32,000 nucleotides of DNA from Flavobacteriaceae bacterium (lineage in GTDB: Bacteria; Bacteroidota; Bacteroidia; Flavobacteriales; Flavobacteriaceae): assembly GCA_965224465.1 (NCBI GenBank), contig OZ245049.1:4140001-4172000 (forward strand), in the 5' to 3' direction. The notes below the pieces were generated by a model. The model was not told the DNA's origin, made no database searches, and saw nothing but the letters and a program-made list of their open reading frames with translations. Both the position numbers and the translations under genes were made by a program. Numbering within the stretch: the first letter of the stretch is position 1; every line of letters begins with the position of its first letter. This document shows positions 1 to 7,225 of this stretch, in pieces.

Positions 1-482
1 GTTTTAAAGGTGAGGTGGTTATTAAATTAGACACTGATGAACCTGGACTGTACCAAAATTTGGAATCAGTTTTCGTCCTTCTGGGCGGAAATTTGATTCC
101 TTTTTTTATTGAGGAATCTTTGTTGCAAAAGGGGAATCAATTAAGGGTGCGGTTTGAAGATGTTGATAGCGAGGCTGATGCCGATAATATTTTAGGAAGT
201 GGTATTTATATGCCATTGACCATGTTGCCAAAATTAGAAGGAAATAAATTCTATTTTCATGAAGTGATTGGTTTTGAAGTGGAAGATGTAAATTTTGGAA
301 ACGTAGGGGTTATTGATGGGATTAATGACAGTACTGCGCAGCCACTTTTTGAAATTAAAGAGGGTGATATAGAAATTTTAATTCCAATGATTGATGAGTT
401 TATTGTGAAAATAGACCGTGAAAATAAAAAAGTAGTAGTCAATACCCCAGAAGGATTGATTGCCATGTATAAAGATATTTAA
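1..482 (+). CDS. rimM: 16S rRNA processing protein RimM, 5'-partial (runs off the window start)
   Basis: The frame is open from position 3 (FKGEVVIKLDTD...). The C-terminal half has a PRC-barrel-like pattern (FYFHEVIGFEVED...GNVGVIDGI...PLFEI). It lies 9 nt upstream of the next gene on the same strand. Confidence 0.85.
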   Translation, partial: FKGEVVIKLDTDEPGLYQNLESVFVLLGGNLIPFFIEESLLQKGNQLRVRFEDVDSEADADNILGSGIYMPLTMLPKLEGNKFYFHEVIGFEVEDVNFGNVGVIDGINDSTAQPLFEIKEGDIEILIPMIDEFIVKIDRENKKVVVNTPEGLIAMYKDI

Positions 483-491
483 TTGCAGTAG

Positions 492-1202
492 ATGAAGCCG
501 TTTGATTTTAAGGAGTTTAGCGTATCACAAGATAATACAGCCATGAAAATTGGTACAGATGCCGTACTTTTGGGGGCTTGGACATGTATTGATGATGCCG
601 TGTTTAGTGTTTTAGATATTGGAGCTGGTACTGGGATTCTTGCGCTGCAAATGGCGCAACGATCGGATGCAGAACTGATTGATGCCGTAGAAATAGAAGC
701 GAACGCTTATGAGCAATGTGTGGCTAATTTTGAGCAAAGTGATTGGGGAAATCGATTGTTTTGTTACCATGCTTCCTTAGAAGAATTTGTGGATGAAATA
801 GAAGAACCGTATGATTTAATTATCTCAAACCCTCCTTTTTATACCAGTACTTATAAGGAATTAGAGCAAGCCCGTGCTATGGCAAGACATACGGAAAGTT
901 TGTCTTTTGACGAATTGCTAAGTGCCTGTGCTGAAATGCTTACCGAAAATGGGCAATGTGCCTTTATAATACCTTTTGAACAAGAAGCTGCTTTTTTAGA
1001 AATAGCTAAAAAGAATGCCTTATTTCCCTGTAGAATTACCCACGTAAAAGGAAGAGAAGGAGCTGCTATTAAACGCAGCCTTCTACAATTATCTTTTGCT
1101 AGGTGTAAAGTACAAGCAACAAATTTAACGATAGAAATAGAACGCCACGTTTATACTAAGGAATATATTGATTTAGTGAAATCATTTTATTTGAAAATGT
1201 AA
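492..1202 (+). CDS. trmN6: tRNA1(Val) (adenine37-N6)-methyltransferase-like SAM-dependent methyltransferase (YfiC/TrmN6 family)
   Basis: SAM-binding motif I is VLDIGAGTGILAL and the N6-adenine methyltransferase motif IV is ISNPPFY. At 236 aa it matches the size of the family. Confidence 0.8.
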   Translation: MKPFDFKEFSVSQDNTAMKIGTDAVLLGAWTCIDDAVFSVLDIGAGTGILALQMAQRSDAELIDAVEIEANAYEQCVANFEQSDWGNRLFCYHASLEEFVDEIEEPYDLIISNPPFYTSTYKELEQARAMARHTESLSFDELLSACAEMLTENGQCAFIIPFEQEAAFLEIAKKNALFPCRITHVKGREGAAIKRSLLQLSFARCKVQATNLTIEIERHVYTKEYIDLVKSFYLKM

Positions 1203-1207
1203 GGGTA

Positions 1208-1759
1208 TTATACATTTTCAGCTTTTACATACCCCCAGTTTTCTCCGGATTTAATACGCCATAGCTGCATTTCAGAAACTCCAAATTGCTTTGCTAATAT
1301 TTTTAATCTTGTTTTTCTATTTGGGTCGGCAAGTTTTCTTTTTATAAGCTTTACCGTGGTTTCTGATAGTTTAGAATATTTTGGTTTTCTAAATTTATTA
1401 TCAGGATTCATCGTGTGATGTAAAGATAATTCGGCTTGAGTAGCCCATTTTAAATTGATGGTGTTGTTATTGAATTTTTGAAAATCTAAGTGAATCACAA
1501 ATTTTGCTTTTTCTGGCTTGTCCAGAAATAATTGTGCCACTATTTTATGTACATATCTACTGGTAGTTTTTCCAGATGTACGCCTAGCATGAATGGTTTT
1601 ATAACCATTAACTTCGCTGCCCTTAATTAATGTACCATGGATTAAATCAAATTTAAATGATTTGATACGTCCGTAATTTGAAAATTCATAACGTTCATTT
1701 TCGTTCCAATCTTCTTCGCGATATGATTTCCATAATTCAGGAAAGTTAAAATATTCCAT
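1208..1759 (-). CDS. NUMOD4 motif / HNH_3 (His-Me finger) homing-endonuclease-like protein with C-terminal HTH
   Basis: The N-terminus EDWNENERYEFSNYGRIKS fits the NUMOD4 pattern. NGYKTIH...RYVHKIVAQLFL...VIHLDFQKFNNNTINLKWAT fits the HNH_3 pattern. The C-terminal LAKQFGVSEMQLWRIKSGENWGYV looks like an HTH. Its stop is 5 nt from the trmN6 stop, in convergent orientation. Confidence 0.7.
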   Translation of the reverse strand: MEYFNFPELWKSYREEDWNENERYEFSNYGRIKSFKFDLIHGTLIKGSEVNGYKTIHARRTSGKTTSRYVHKIVAQLFLDKPEKAKFVIHLDFQKFNNNTINLKWATQAELSLHHTMNPDNKFRKPKYSKLSETTVKLIKRKLADPNRKTRLKILAKQFGVSEMQLWRIKSGENWGYVKAENV

Positions 1760-1937
1760 TTAGAGTTGTTTTAGGAAAAGGTTGCTCAATATATTTTTGG
1801 GGATCAAGCCACCATTACTGTTTGTGTTTGGCAATTTACAACCACGGATTAGTAAATAACATGATATTTGTTGGAACACTTAAATTAATGGCTGAAATAT
1901 TCGTGGTTTGTAAAATCAACGTTAAATAATTGCGAAA

Positions 1938-2203
1938 TAATACCAAATACATTTCCAAAGTGACGGTTTAGAAATGGGATTATTATAGCTAGGCGAAAAA
2001 TGGAAGGATAGCCATGTTGTCGTTCTGTTTTTCAACAACGCTAGCACGTAAGACAAGCTATTTGTATCGGTTGATTTGGATTGTAATTGGTAGTATAGCT
2101 AGGCGGAAAATGGAAGGATAGCCATGTTATCGTTCTATTTTTCAACAACACTAGAACGTAAAACAAACTATTTGTATCGGTTGATTTGGATTGTAATTGG
2201 TAT
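1938..2203. repeat. Composite copy of a dispersed repeat family: module A (1938-1983) followed by two tandem 110-bp units (1984-2093, 2094-2203)
   Basis: The two 110-bp units differ at about 7 positions. Module A (aataccaaatacatttccaaagtgacggtttagaaatgggattatt) and module C (tttcaacaacgctagcacgtaa..ctatttgtatcggttgatttggattgtaattgg) recur at 4374-4483 and 18488-18596, and module C partly recurs at 29668-29702. Confidence 0.9.
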
Positions 2204-2299
2204 GGGATAAACCTCAAGAAGTACTGTGAATCTAGTTTGTGTGGGAGTCGAATTAAAAATAAAAAAAACACCAATGACTCCTATAAACTGTTTTTACAC

Positions 2300-2307
2300 A
2301 GTAAATC
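2300..2307. repeat. Left 8-bp target-site duplication (agtaaatc) of the IS66-family element
   Basis: An identical octamer is present at 4315-4322. Both copies directly abut the terminal inverted repeats. Confidence 0.85.
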
Positions 2308-2386
2308 GTAAGCGTACGGAGAACTACATCTTGTAAGAAGTTAAAAATAATCTAATTTTTGCATCTAAACAAAAACGAAAATATAA

Positions 2387-2740
2387 ATGTTAGGATTAGG
2401 TACAGAACACACGTATTATTATCACTTATCTGCAGTTGATATGCGAAAAGGATTTAATGGATTAAGTGGATTAGTTAGTGAGCACATGGAACAAGAGCGA
2501 GATAGAAATAGTGTTTATGCATTTATCAATAAGCAAAAAAATAAACTAAAACTTCTTCATTGGCGACCTGGAGGATTTGTACTGTATTATAAACGATTGG
2601 AACGAGGTATTTTTGAGCTTCCAAAATACGACATTGAAGATGGATTAGTAGTTTTGAGTTATACCCAAATGGTTATGGTTTTAGACGGAATTAGTATTAT
2701 AAATACTCAGAAAAACGAACGTTATTTAGAGGCTAAATAA
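2387..2740 (+). CDS. tnpB: IS66 family accessory protein TnpB (IS66 Orf2-like)
   Basis: 117 aa containing the motif VDMRKGFNGLSGLV...KLLHWRPGGFVLYYKRLERG, which is typical of IS66 Orf2 proteins. Confidence 0.9.
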   Translation: MLGLGTEHTYYYHLSAVDMRKGFNGLSGLVSEHMEQERDRNSVYAFINKQKNKLKLLHWRPGGFVLYYKRLERGIFELPKYDIEDGLVVLSYTQMVMVLDGISIINTQKNERYLEAK

Positions 2741-2783
2741 TTCAATAAAACTGTAGGTTTTACCTGCTATTTAGTCTTGTTTT

Positions 2784-4286
2784 TTGTATATTTATAGTGT
2801 GGAAAACAATACAATAGACATACAAAAAGAGCTGGTAATTTTAAAGATTGAACTTGAAAAAACAGCTCAAGAACTAGCTGAAATTAAGCAGCAATACGAG
2901 CAGCTTAAAAGAATGGTTTTCGGGTCTAAAAGCGAACGTTTTATCCCTGTTGACACAAATCAATTGTCGCTTTTCGGAAAAATAATAGCTGAGAAAGAAG
3001 AGGCATACAAAAAACATATTGTAATCTACGAAAGAAAACAAAAGAAGAAAGGAAAGAAAAAACCTGTTCGCTCTTCTATACCTGCGCATTTTCCGCGAGT
3101 AGAAGAGATTATAGAGCCTAAGCACATAGAAGAAGGAGCTGTAAAAATAGGAGAAGAAGTTACAGAACTTTTAGAAATAACGCCTCTTTCCGTTTTTGTA
3201 AGACGAATTGTAAGACCTAAATATGCACTTCCGGAAGAAAAAGGCGTTGTTATAGCAGAATTACCAAGCTTACCGATACCTAAAGGAAATGCATCAGCAA
3301 GTTTATTGGCCTTTATACTTATTTCAAAATTTGTAGACCATTTACCACTTTACAGATTAATTCAAATTTTTAAACGACAAGATTTAAAAGTAAGTAAATC
3401 AACAATTGGAGGATGGGTATCTAAAAGTTCGGAGCTTATCGCTCCTTTATACGATACATTTAAGGCTCAGTTTTTAGAAAATGCCAATTATATTCAAGCA
3501 GACGAATCTCCTATAAAGGTTTTAGATAAAGACAAGAAAAAATCAACACACAGAGGGTATATGTGGGTGTATCGAAATCCTGTTAAAAATTTAGTTCTTT
3601 TTGAATACAATAAAGGGAGAGGAAAAGTTGTTCCAGAAGAGTTTTTTAAAGATTTCAATGGGACACTACAGTCCGATGGGTATGCTGCATACCAAAACTT
3701 AACAACAAAAGGAGAAATTACTCTTTTAGGTTGCATGGCTCATGCTAGGCGGTATTTTGAGAAGGCGCTGGATAATGATCCTAAAAGAGCGGATGTTGTT
3801 TTGTTGGAAATTCAAAAGCTATACAAGATAGAACGTAAAATAAAAGAACAAGAATTAACTATTGAGCAAACTAAAGCATATAGAGAAAAACATGCATCAC
3901 CTGTTTTAGACGGAATAGAAATTTATCTTACAAAAGAGCGAAAAAACGTACTGCCTAAAAGTGCCATAGGAAAAGCAATTGCTTATACTCTTAAAATATG
4001 GCAAAACCTAAAACTATACATCGATGATGGCAGGTTTGAAATAGACAACAATAATATAGAAAATGCCATAAGACCTTTAGCTATTGGCAGAAAAAATTAT
4101 CTCTTTGCTGGCAGTCATGAGTCCGCACAAAACATAGCTCTATTTTATAGCTTTTTTGCTACTTGCAAAAAGAATAACGTAAACCCACATACGTGGCTAT
4201 GTGATGTCCTTAATAGATTACCAGAACATAAGGCTAATAAACTTTCGGAGTTACTGCCTCAAAATTGGAAGCCTGTTGATAAATAA
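2784..4286 (+). CDS. tnpC: IS66 family transposase TnpC (DDE)
   Basis: N-terminal coiled coil is LEKTAQELAEIKQQYEQLKRMVFGSKSERF. Candidate DDE residues lie in IQADESPIKV, LQSDGYAAY and CMAHARRYFEKA, and the C-terminal motif is NNNIENAIRPLAIGRKNYLFAG. The track start at 2784 is TTG; GTG at 2799 is an alternative start. Confidence 0.9.
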   Translation: MYIYSVENNTIDIQKELVILKIELEKTAQELAEIKQQYEQLKRMVFGSKSERFIPVDTNQLSLFGKIIAEKEEAYKKHIVIYERKQKKKGKKKPVRSSIPAHFPRVEEIIEPKHIEEGAVKIGEEVTELLEITPLSVFVRRIVRPKYALPEEKGVVIAELPSLPIPKGNASASLLAFILISKFVDHLPLYRLIQIFKRQDLKVSKSTIGGWVSKSSELIAPLYDTFKAQFLENANYIQADESPIKVLDKDKKKSTHRGYMWVYRNPVKNLVLFEYNKGRGKVVPEEFFKDFNGTLQSDGYAAYQNLTTKGEITLLGCMAHARRYFEKALDNDPKRADVVLLEIQKLYKIERKIKEQELTIEQTKAYREKHASPVLDGIEIYLTKERKNVLPKSAIGKAIAYTLKIWQNLKLYIDDGRFEIDNNNIENAIRPLAIGRKNYLFAGSHESAQNIALFYSFFATCKKNNVNPHTWLCDVLNRLPEHKANKLSELLPQNWKPVDK

Positions 4287-4314
4287 TCAAGGGTGTACTT
4301 TACCGTACGCTTAC

Positions 4315-4322
4315 AGTAAATC
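4315..4322. repeat. Right 8-bp target-site duplication (agtaaatc)
   Basis: Identical to 2300-2307. Confidence 0.85.
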
Positions 4323-4373
4323 TTAGTCATAAGTATTTCCTTTAAATTAATTTATGCTTTTTATAATATGTGT

Positions 4374-4483
4374 AATACCAAATACATTTCCAAGTGGCGG
4401 TTTAGAAATGGGATTATTTTTTAACAACGCTAGCACGTAAAAAAACCTATTTATATCGGTTGATTTGGATTTTAGTTGTTATA
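4374..4483. repeat. Dispersed repeat family copy (modules A+C, no B module)
   Basis: The sequence aataccaaatacatttccaagtggcggtttagaaatgggattatt + ttttaacaacgctagcacgtaaaaaaacctatttatatcggttgatttggatt... aligns to 1938-1983 plus module C. Its 3' end overlaps the last codons and stop of the saccharopine dehydrogenase gene. Confidence 0.85.
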
Positions 4484-5827
4484 CCCTGTATAAGGGACTT
4501 CTTTTTCCGTGAAATTTATGCCGTAATCTTCCAACTCTTTTAAGATAGGTTCATATACATTTTTACGAATAGGAAGTTGCACTCCTGGAGAAGAAATATC
4601 GCCATTTAATATTTTTAAGGTAGCTATGGCTACAGGCAGTCCTACAGTTTTTGCCATAGCAGTATAGGTTTGGTCCTCTCCCATACAAACCATACTGCTT
4701 ATTATTTGATGCTGTTTTCCTTCTTTTTCATAACCAAATAAATGTTGCATTACCACCATGTCTTTGTCTTTTTCCTGAAGTGTCCAGCTGTCTTTTAATA
4801 TTTTTTCTAATATTTTTGCAGGTGTCGCATTTTTTAAACTTACTTTTTTATGTGGATTAAAAATGTCTACTTCTAATAGTTTTTCCCATAAGATATCGTC
4901 CTGGTCAATTTTTAAATAATGACGTAATTTTAATTCAACAGAATCATTTGGGTCGTAAGCTAAAAACGAATTGGTAAAATCTCGGTAGCTCATTTTTTCT
5001 GAATCTTCGATTGTATAACTATCATCTGTCATTCCTAGCATAACAAAAATATTCCATGCTCTAGAAAATCCAACTCTACGGATAGTTCCTCTATACATTG
5101 TGCGTATATTTTCCAATCCATACACTTCCCTGTATTTTAATGAATCTCTATTGGCATACCCTTCAAATTTCCCATACCCTTCAATTTTCAGGATTTCGGT
5201 TCTCCTAAATAAGCGTTGGTAAGGGATGTATTTATACTTGCCTTCCTGAATAAATTTTGCAGCCCCTCCTTGTCCAGCTAAGACAACATTGCGCGGGTTC
5301 CAAGTAAATTTGTAATTCCATAAGTTGTCATCACTTTCTGGAGCTAGCAGCCCTCCGCAAAAAGATTCGAATAAGAGCATGTTGCCTCCATGGTCTTTGA
5401 TACGGTCAATTACTTGCATGGCACTCATGTGGTCAATACCAGGATCCAAACCCATTTCGTTCATAAAAGTCAAACCTTTTGCTTTAACTTGTGTATCTAA
5501 GGCACTCATTTCTTTAGAAATATAAGAAGCAGTAACTAGGTTTTTTCCAAAGGTTAAACAGTCTTTAGCAACACTTAAATGCAAATGAGCAGGTAGCATT
5601 GATATAACGATAGCTGCATTTTTAATAGCAGCCTCTCGTTGTAATTTATTGGAAACATCTAAAGAAATAGCCTTTCCTTTTGGATGCTTATTTATTTTAC
5701 TAATTGCTAATTTTAAAGAGATATCAGCAATTGTTATTTGTAAGTTCTCGGCTTCGGATTTGTTTAATAAATAGTTGATTAACGAGGATGCAGATCTGCC
5801 TGCACCAATAACTAATATGTTTCGCAT
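4472..5827 (-). CDS. Saccharopine dehydrogenase family oxidoreductase (NAD(P)-binding)
   Basis: 451 aa with an N-terminal Rossmann motif, ILVIGAGRSASSLINYL. The length and the internal GLDPGIDHM motif are typical of LYS9-type saccharopine dehydrogenases. Confidence 0.85.
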   Translation of the reverse strand: MRNILVIGAGRSASSLINYLLNKSEAENLQITIADISLKLAISKINKHPKGKAISLDVSNKLQREAAIKNAAIVISMLPAHLHLSVAKDCLTFGKNLVTASYISKEMSALDTQVKAKGLTFMNEMGLDPGIDHMSAMQVIDRIKDHGGNMLLFESFCGGLLAPESDDNLWNYKFTWNPRNVVLAGQGGAAKFIQEGKYKYIPYQRLFRRTEILKIEGYGKFEGYANRDSLKYREVYGLENIRTMYRGTIRRVGFSRAWNIFVMLGMTDDSYTIEDSEKMSYRDFTNSFLAYDPNDSVELKLRHYLKIDQDDILWEKLLEVDIFNPHKKVSLKNATPAKILEKILKDSWTLQEKDKDMVVMQHLFGYEKEGKQHQIISSMVCMGEDQTYTAMAKTVGLPVAIATLKILNGDISSPGVQLPIRKNVYEPILKELEDYGINFTEKEVPYTGYNN

Positions 5828-5897
5828 TGTTGAGTTTTATGTCTTACGAAAATACACATTTTGTTTTGGATAAAACAAATTTGGTTTTAAGTAGCTG

Positions 5898-6119
5898 TTA
5901 TTTAAGGTATTCAAGTAGTTTTAGTGACTTTTCTCTATCACTTTTATCTACCTCCAGCTTATAAGAATCGGAAAACAATGCTCCTAAAGTCGAATCTATA
6001 TGTCCATCTACAATATATGAAGTAATGCCATTTTCTTCTAGTTTTCCTTTGGCTATTTGTACTTGATATTCTTGTTGAGAAGTGAAAATTATAACGAGTT
6101 TTCTTTCGTTTTCGTCCAT
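5898..6119 (-). CDS. Small DUF2007-like (putative signal-transducing, PII-like fold) protein, paralog 1
   Basis: 73 aa. It shares a pattern with its neighbour (..I.T....Q..IAK.KL.E.GI.SYI...HID.T.G......Y.LEVD.....KSLK.L.Y). The family assignment is from memory of DUF2007. Confidence 0.6.
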   Translation of the reverse strand: MDENERKLVIIFTSQQEYQVQIAKGKLEENGITSYIVDGHIDSTLGALFSDSYKLEVDKSDREKSLKLLEYLK

Positions 6120-6137
6120 TGTGTATTTTTTAGATAA

Positions 6138-6356
6138 TTATTCGTCGTTTCTGTATTTTAATATTTTTAAGGATTTTTCTTGATGGTGGATGTCCACTTC
6201 TAATTGGTATCCTTCAACAAAAGCTGTTCCTATTGTGGTATCTATATGCTCATTTAAAATGTAGCTTTCAATACCTTCTTCAGCCAATTTTGCCTTTGCA
6301 ATATGAATTTGATGCAAAAGATGTGTAGTTAGTATAGTGACCAGATGTTTTTCCAT
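6138..6356 (-). CDS. Small DUF2007-like protein, paralog 2
   Basis: 72 aa. It is a tandem paralog of 5898-6119, 18 nt away on the same strand. Confidence 0.6.
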   Translation of the reverse strand: MEKHLVTILTTHLLHQIHIAKAKLAEEGIESYILNEHIDTTIGTAFVEGYQLEVDIHHQEKSLKILKYRNDE

Positions 6357-6488
6357 AATGTTTTTGTTTCAAGGTACGAAAAAAAACACACAATTATCTC
6401 TATTATTTAGAGGTAGATTTTAGAATCTATTTTTGGGAAAATTGGATTAAGTGATGCTATTTCAATATATTTACAGAAAATAACTAAC

Positions 6489-6863
6489 ATGAATAAAAAT
6501 TTAAAGATAGCAGCTGCTTTTGGAGCAATTTCAGTAATTTTAGGTGCTTTCGGAGCACATTCTTTAAAAGGAACATTGGGCGCTGAGGCATTGCAATCTT
6601 TTGAAACGGCCGTGAGGTATCAAATGTATCATGTGATTGTATTGCTGTTTGTAAATATGTTTCAATTGTTTTCTGAAAAACAAAAAAACAGTATTAGTTA
6701 TTTGTTTTTTGCAGGGATGTTACTTTTCTCGGGTTCTATTTATGCCATAAGTTTTGGAGTGGAAGCAAAGTCCATTTGGTTTGTAACTCCTTTGGGAGGC
6801 TTGTTTCTTATCTCAGGCTGGTTGTGGATGCTGTTCTCTTTTTCGAAGCCCGCTAAAAATTAG
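6489..6863 (+). CDS. DUF423 (YgdD-like) inner-membrane protein
   Basis: 124 aa with four hydrophobic segments. The N-terminal motif AAAFGAISVILGAFGAHSLK is characteristic of DUF423. Confidence 0.8.
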   Translation: MNKNLKIAAAFGAISVILGAFGAHSLKGTLGAEALQSFETAVRYQMYHVIVLLFVNMFQLFSEKQKNSISYLFFAGMLLFSGSIYAISFGVEAKSIWFVTPLGGLFLISGWLWMLFSFSKPAKN

Positions 6864-6885
6864 AAGATATATTAAAATTTGCTGC

Positions 6886-6918
6886 TAGATTTATTTGTTA
6901 ACACAACAAATAAATCTA
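6886..6918. terminator. Perfect 14-bp AT-rich hairpin (tagatttatttgtt-aacac-aacaaataaatcta) downstream of the DUF423 gene
   Basis: The inverted repeat was read directly from the sequence and lies 23 nt after the stop codon. No clear T-tract follows it, so a terminator role is uncertain. Confidence 0.4.
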
Positions 6919-6972
6919 CATTTGCAGTATCATTTAAGTTGAAAGAAAAGAAAAACATTTTTTTTGAGATTT

Positions 6973-6989
6973 TACGAAAACGATTTCGT
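6973..6989. promoter_or_regulatory. 17-bp imperfect palindrome TACGAAAACGATTTCGT, copy 1 (candidate operator upstream of pckA)
   Basis: An exact 17-bp duplicate lies 58 bp downstream. The core CGAAAACGATTTCG has a central CG and 6 of 7 symmetric pairs, which is a LacI-family-like architecture. Confidence 0.45.
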
Positions 6990-7030
6990 TTGTTTTAAGA
7001 GTATTTTATAAAATGTTTTTTTTATACAAA

Positions 7031-7047
7031 TACGAAAACGATTTCGT
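7031..7047. promoter_or_regulatory. 17-bp imperfect palindrome TACGAAAACGATTTCGT, copy 2
   Basis: Identical to 6973-6989 and 179 nt upstream of the pckA ATG. Confidence 0.45.
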
Positions 7048-7225
7048 GAATTATATTTTTTCAGAGATATCGCATTGCTTTTTTCTTTTTTAGAGACTTT
7101 TTTAAGATGATGTTATGGGAATAGAGTGTGCTACTAATTAGGAGACTGTCGAGGATTTGTCTTTTAGTTAAAAAGTACATTTTATGAAGAGAGAAAATAA
7201 AACAATACAATTATAACTATCAACA

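Larger units (their letters stand above)
2308..4314 (+). mobile_element. IS66-family insertion sequence, 2007 bp, carrying tnpB and tnpC (no tnpA)
   Basis: IRL is gtaagcgtacggagaactacatcttg and the reverse complement of IRR is gtaagcgtacggtaaagtacacccttg. The first 12 nt are identical and about 19 of 26 match overall. The ends start with the IS66 hallmark GTAAGCG. The element is flanked by a perfect 8-bp direct repeat, which is the TSD size typical of IS66. Confidence 0.9.

Noticed and set aside
257-466. Short antisense ORFs nested inside confident genes (for example 257-466, 2874-3125, 3494-3736, 5325-5525, 7410-7592, 9140-9361, 10372-10557, 10983-11291, 11143-11391, 12117-12353, 13698-13907, 17276-17500, 18269-18502, 19577-19765, 20589-20855, 24886-25086, 25083-25343, 26180-26392, 28192-28377, 29013-29201, 29501-29716, 31354-31536)
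   Set aside because: All are embedded in, or largely overlap, longer ORFs with clear family signatures on the other strand or frame. Their translations look like typical shadow-frame products of AT-rich DNA.
1984-2203. Possible CRISPR array
   Set aside because: There are only two directly abutting 110-bp units with no unique spacers. The repeat length is far outside the CRISPR range and no cas genes are present.
2041-2274. 77-aa minus-strand ORF from the track
   Set aside because: It lies entirely within the tandem 110-bp repeat units and has a low-complexity, internally repeated translation. It is most likely an artefact of the repeats rather than a gene.
1938-4483. Idea that the dispersed repeats are IS66-derived ends or the preferred IS66 target
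   Set aside because: The repeats lack the GTAAGCG terminal motif of the IS. The IS target octamer (agtaaatc) lies in unique DNA about 50-100 bp from the nearest repeat copies, so proximity alone does not support a link.
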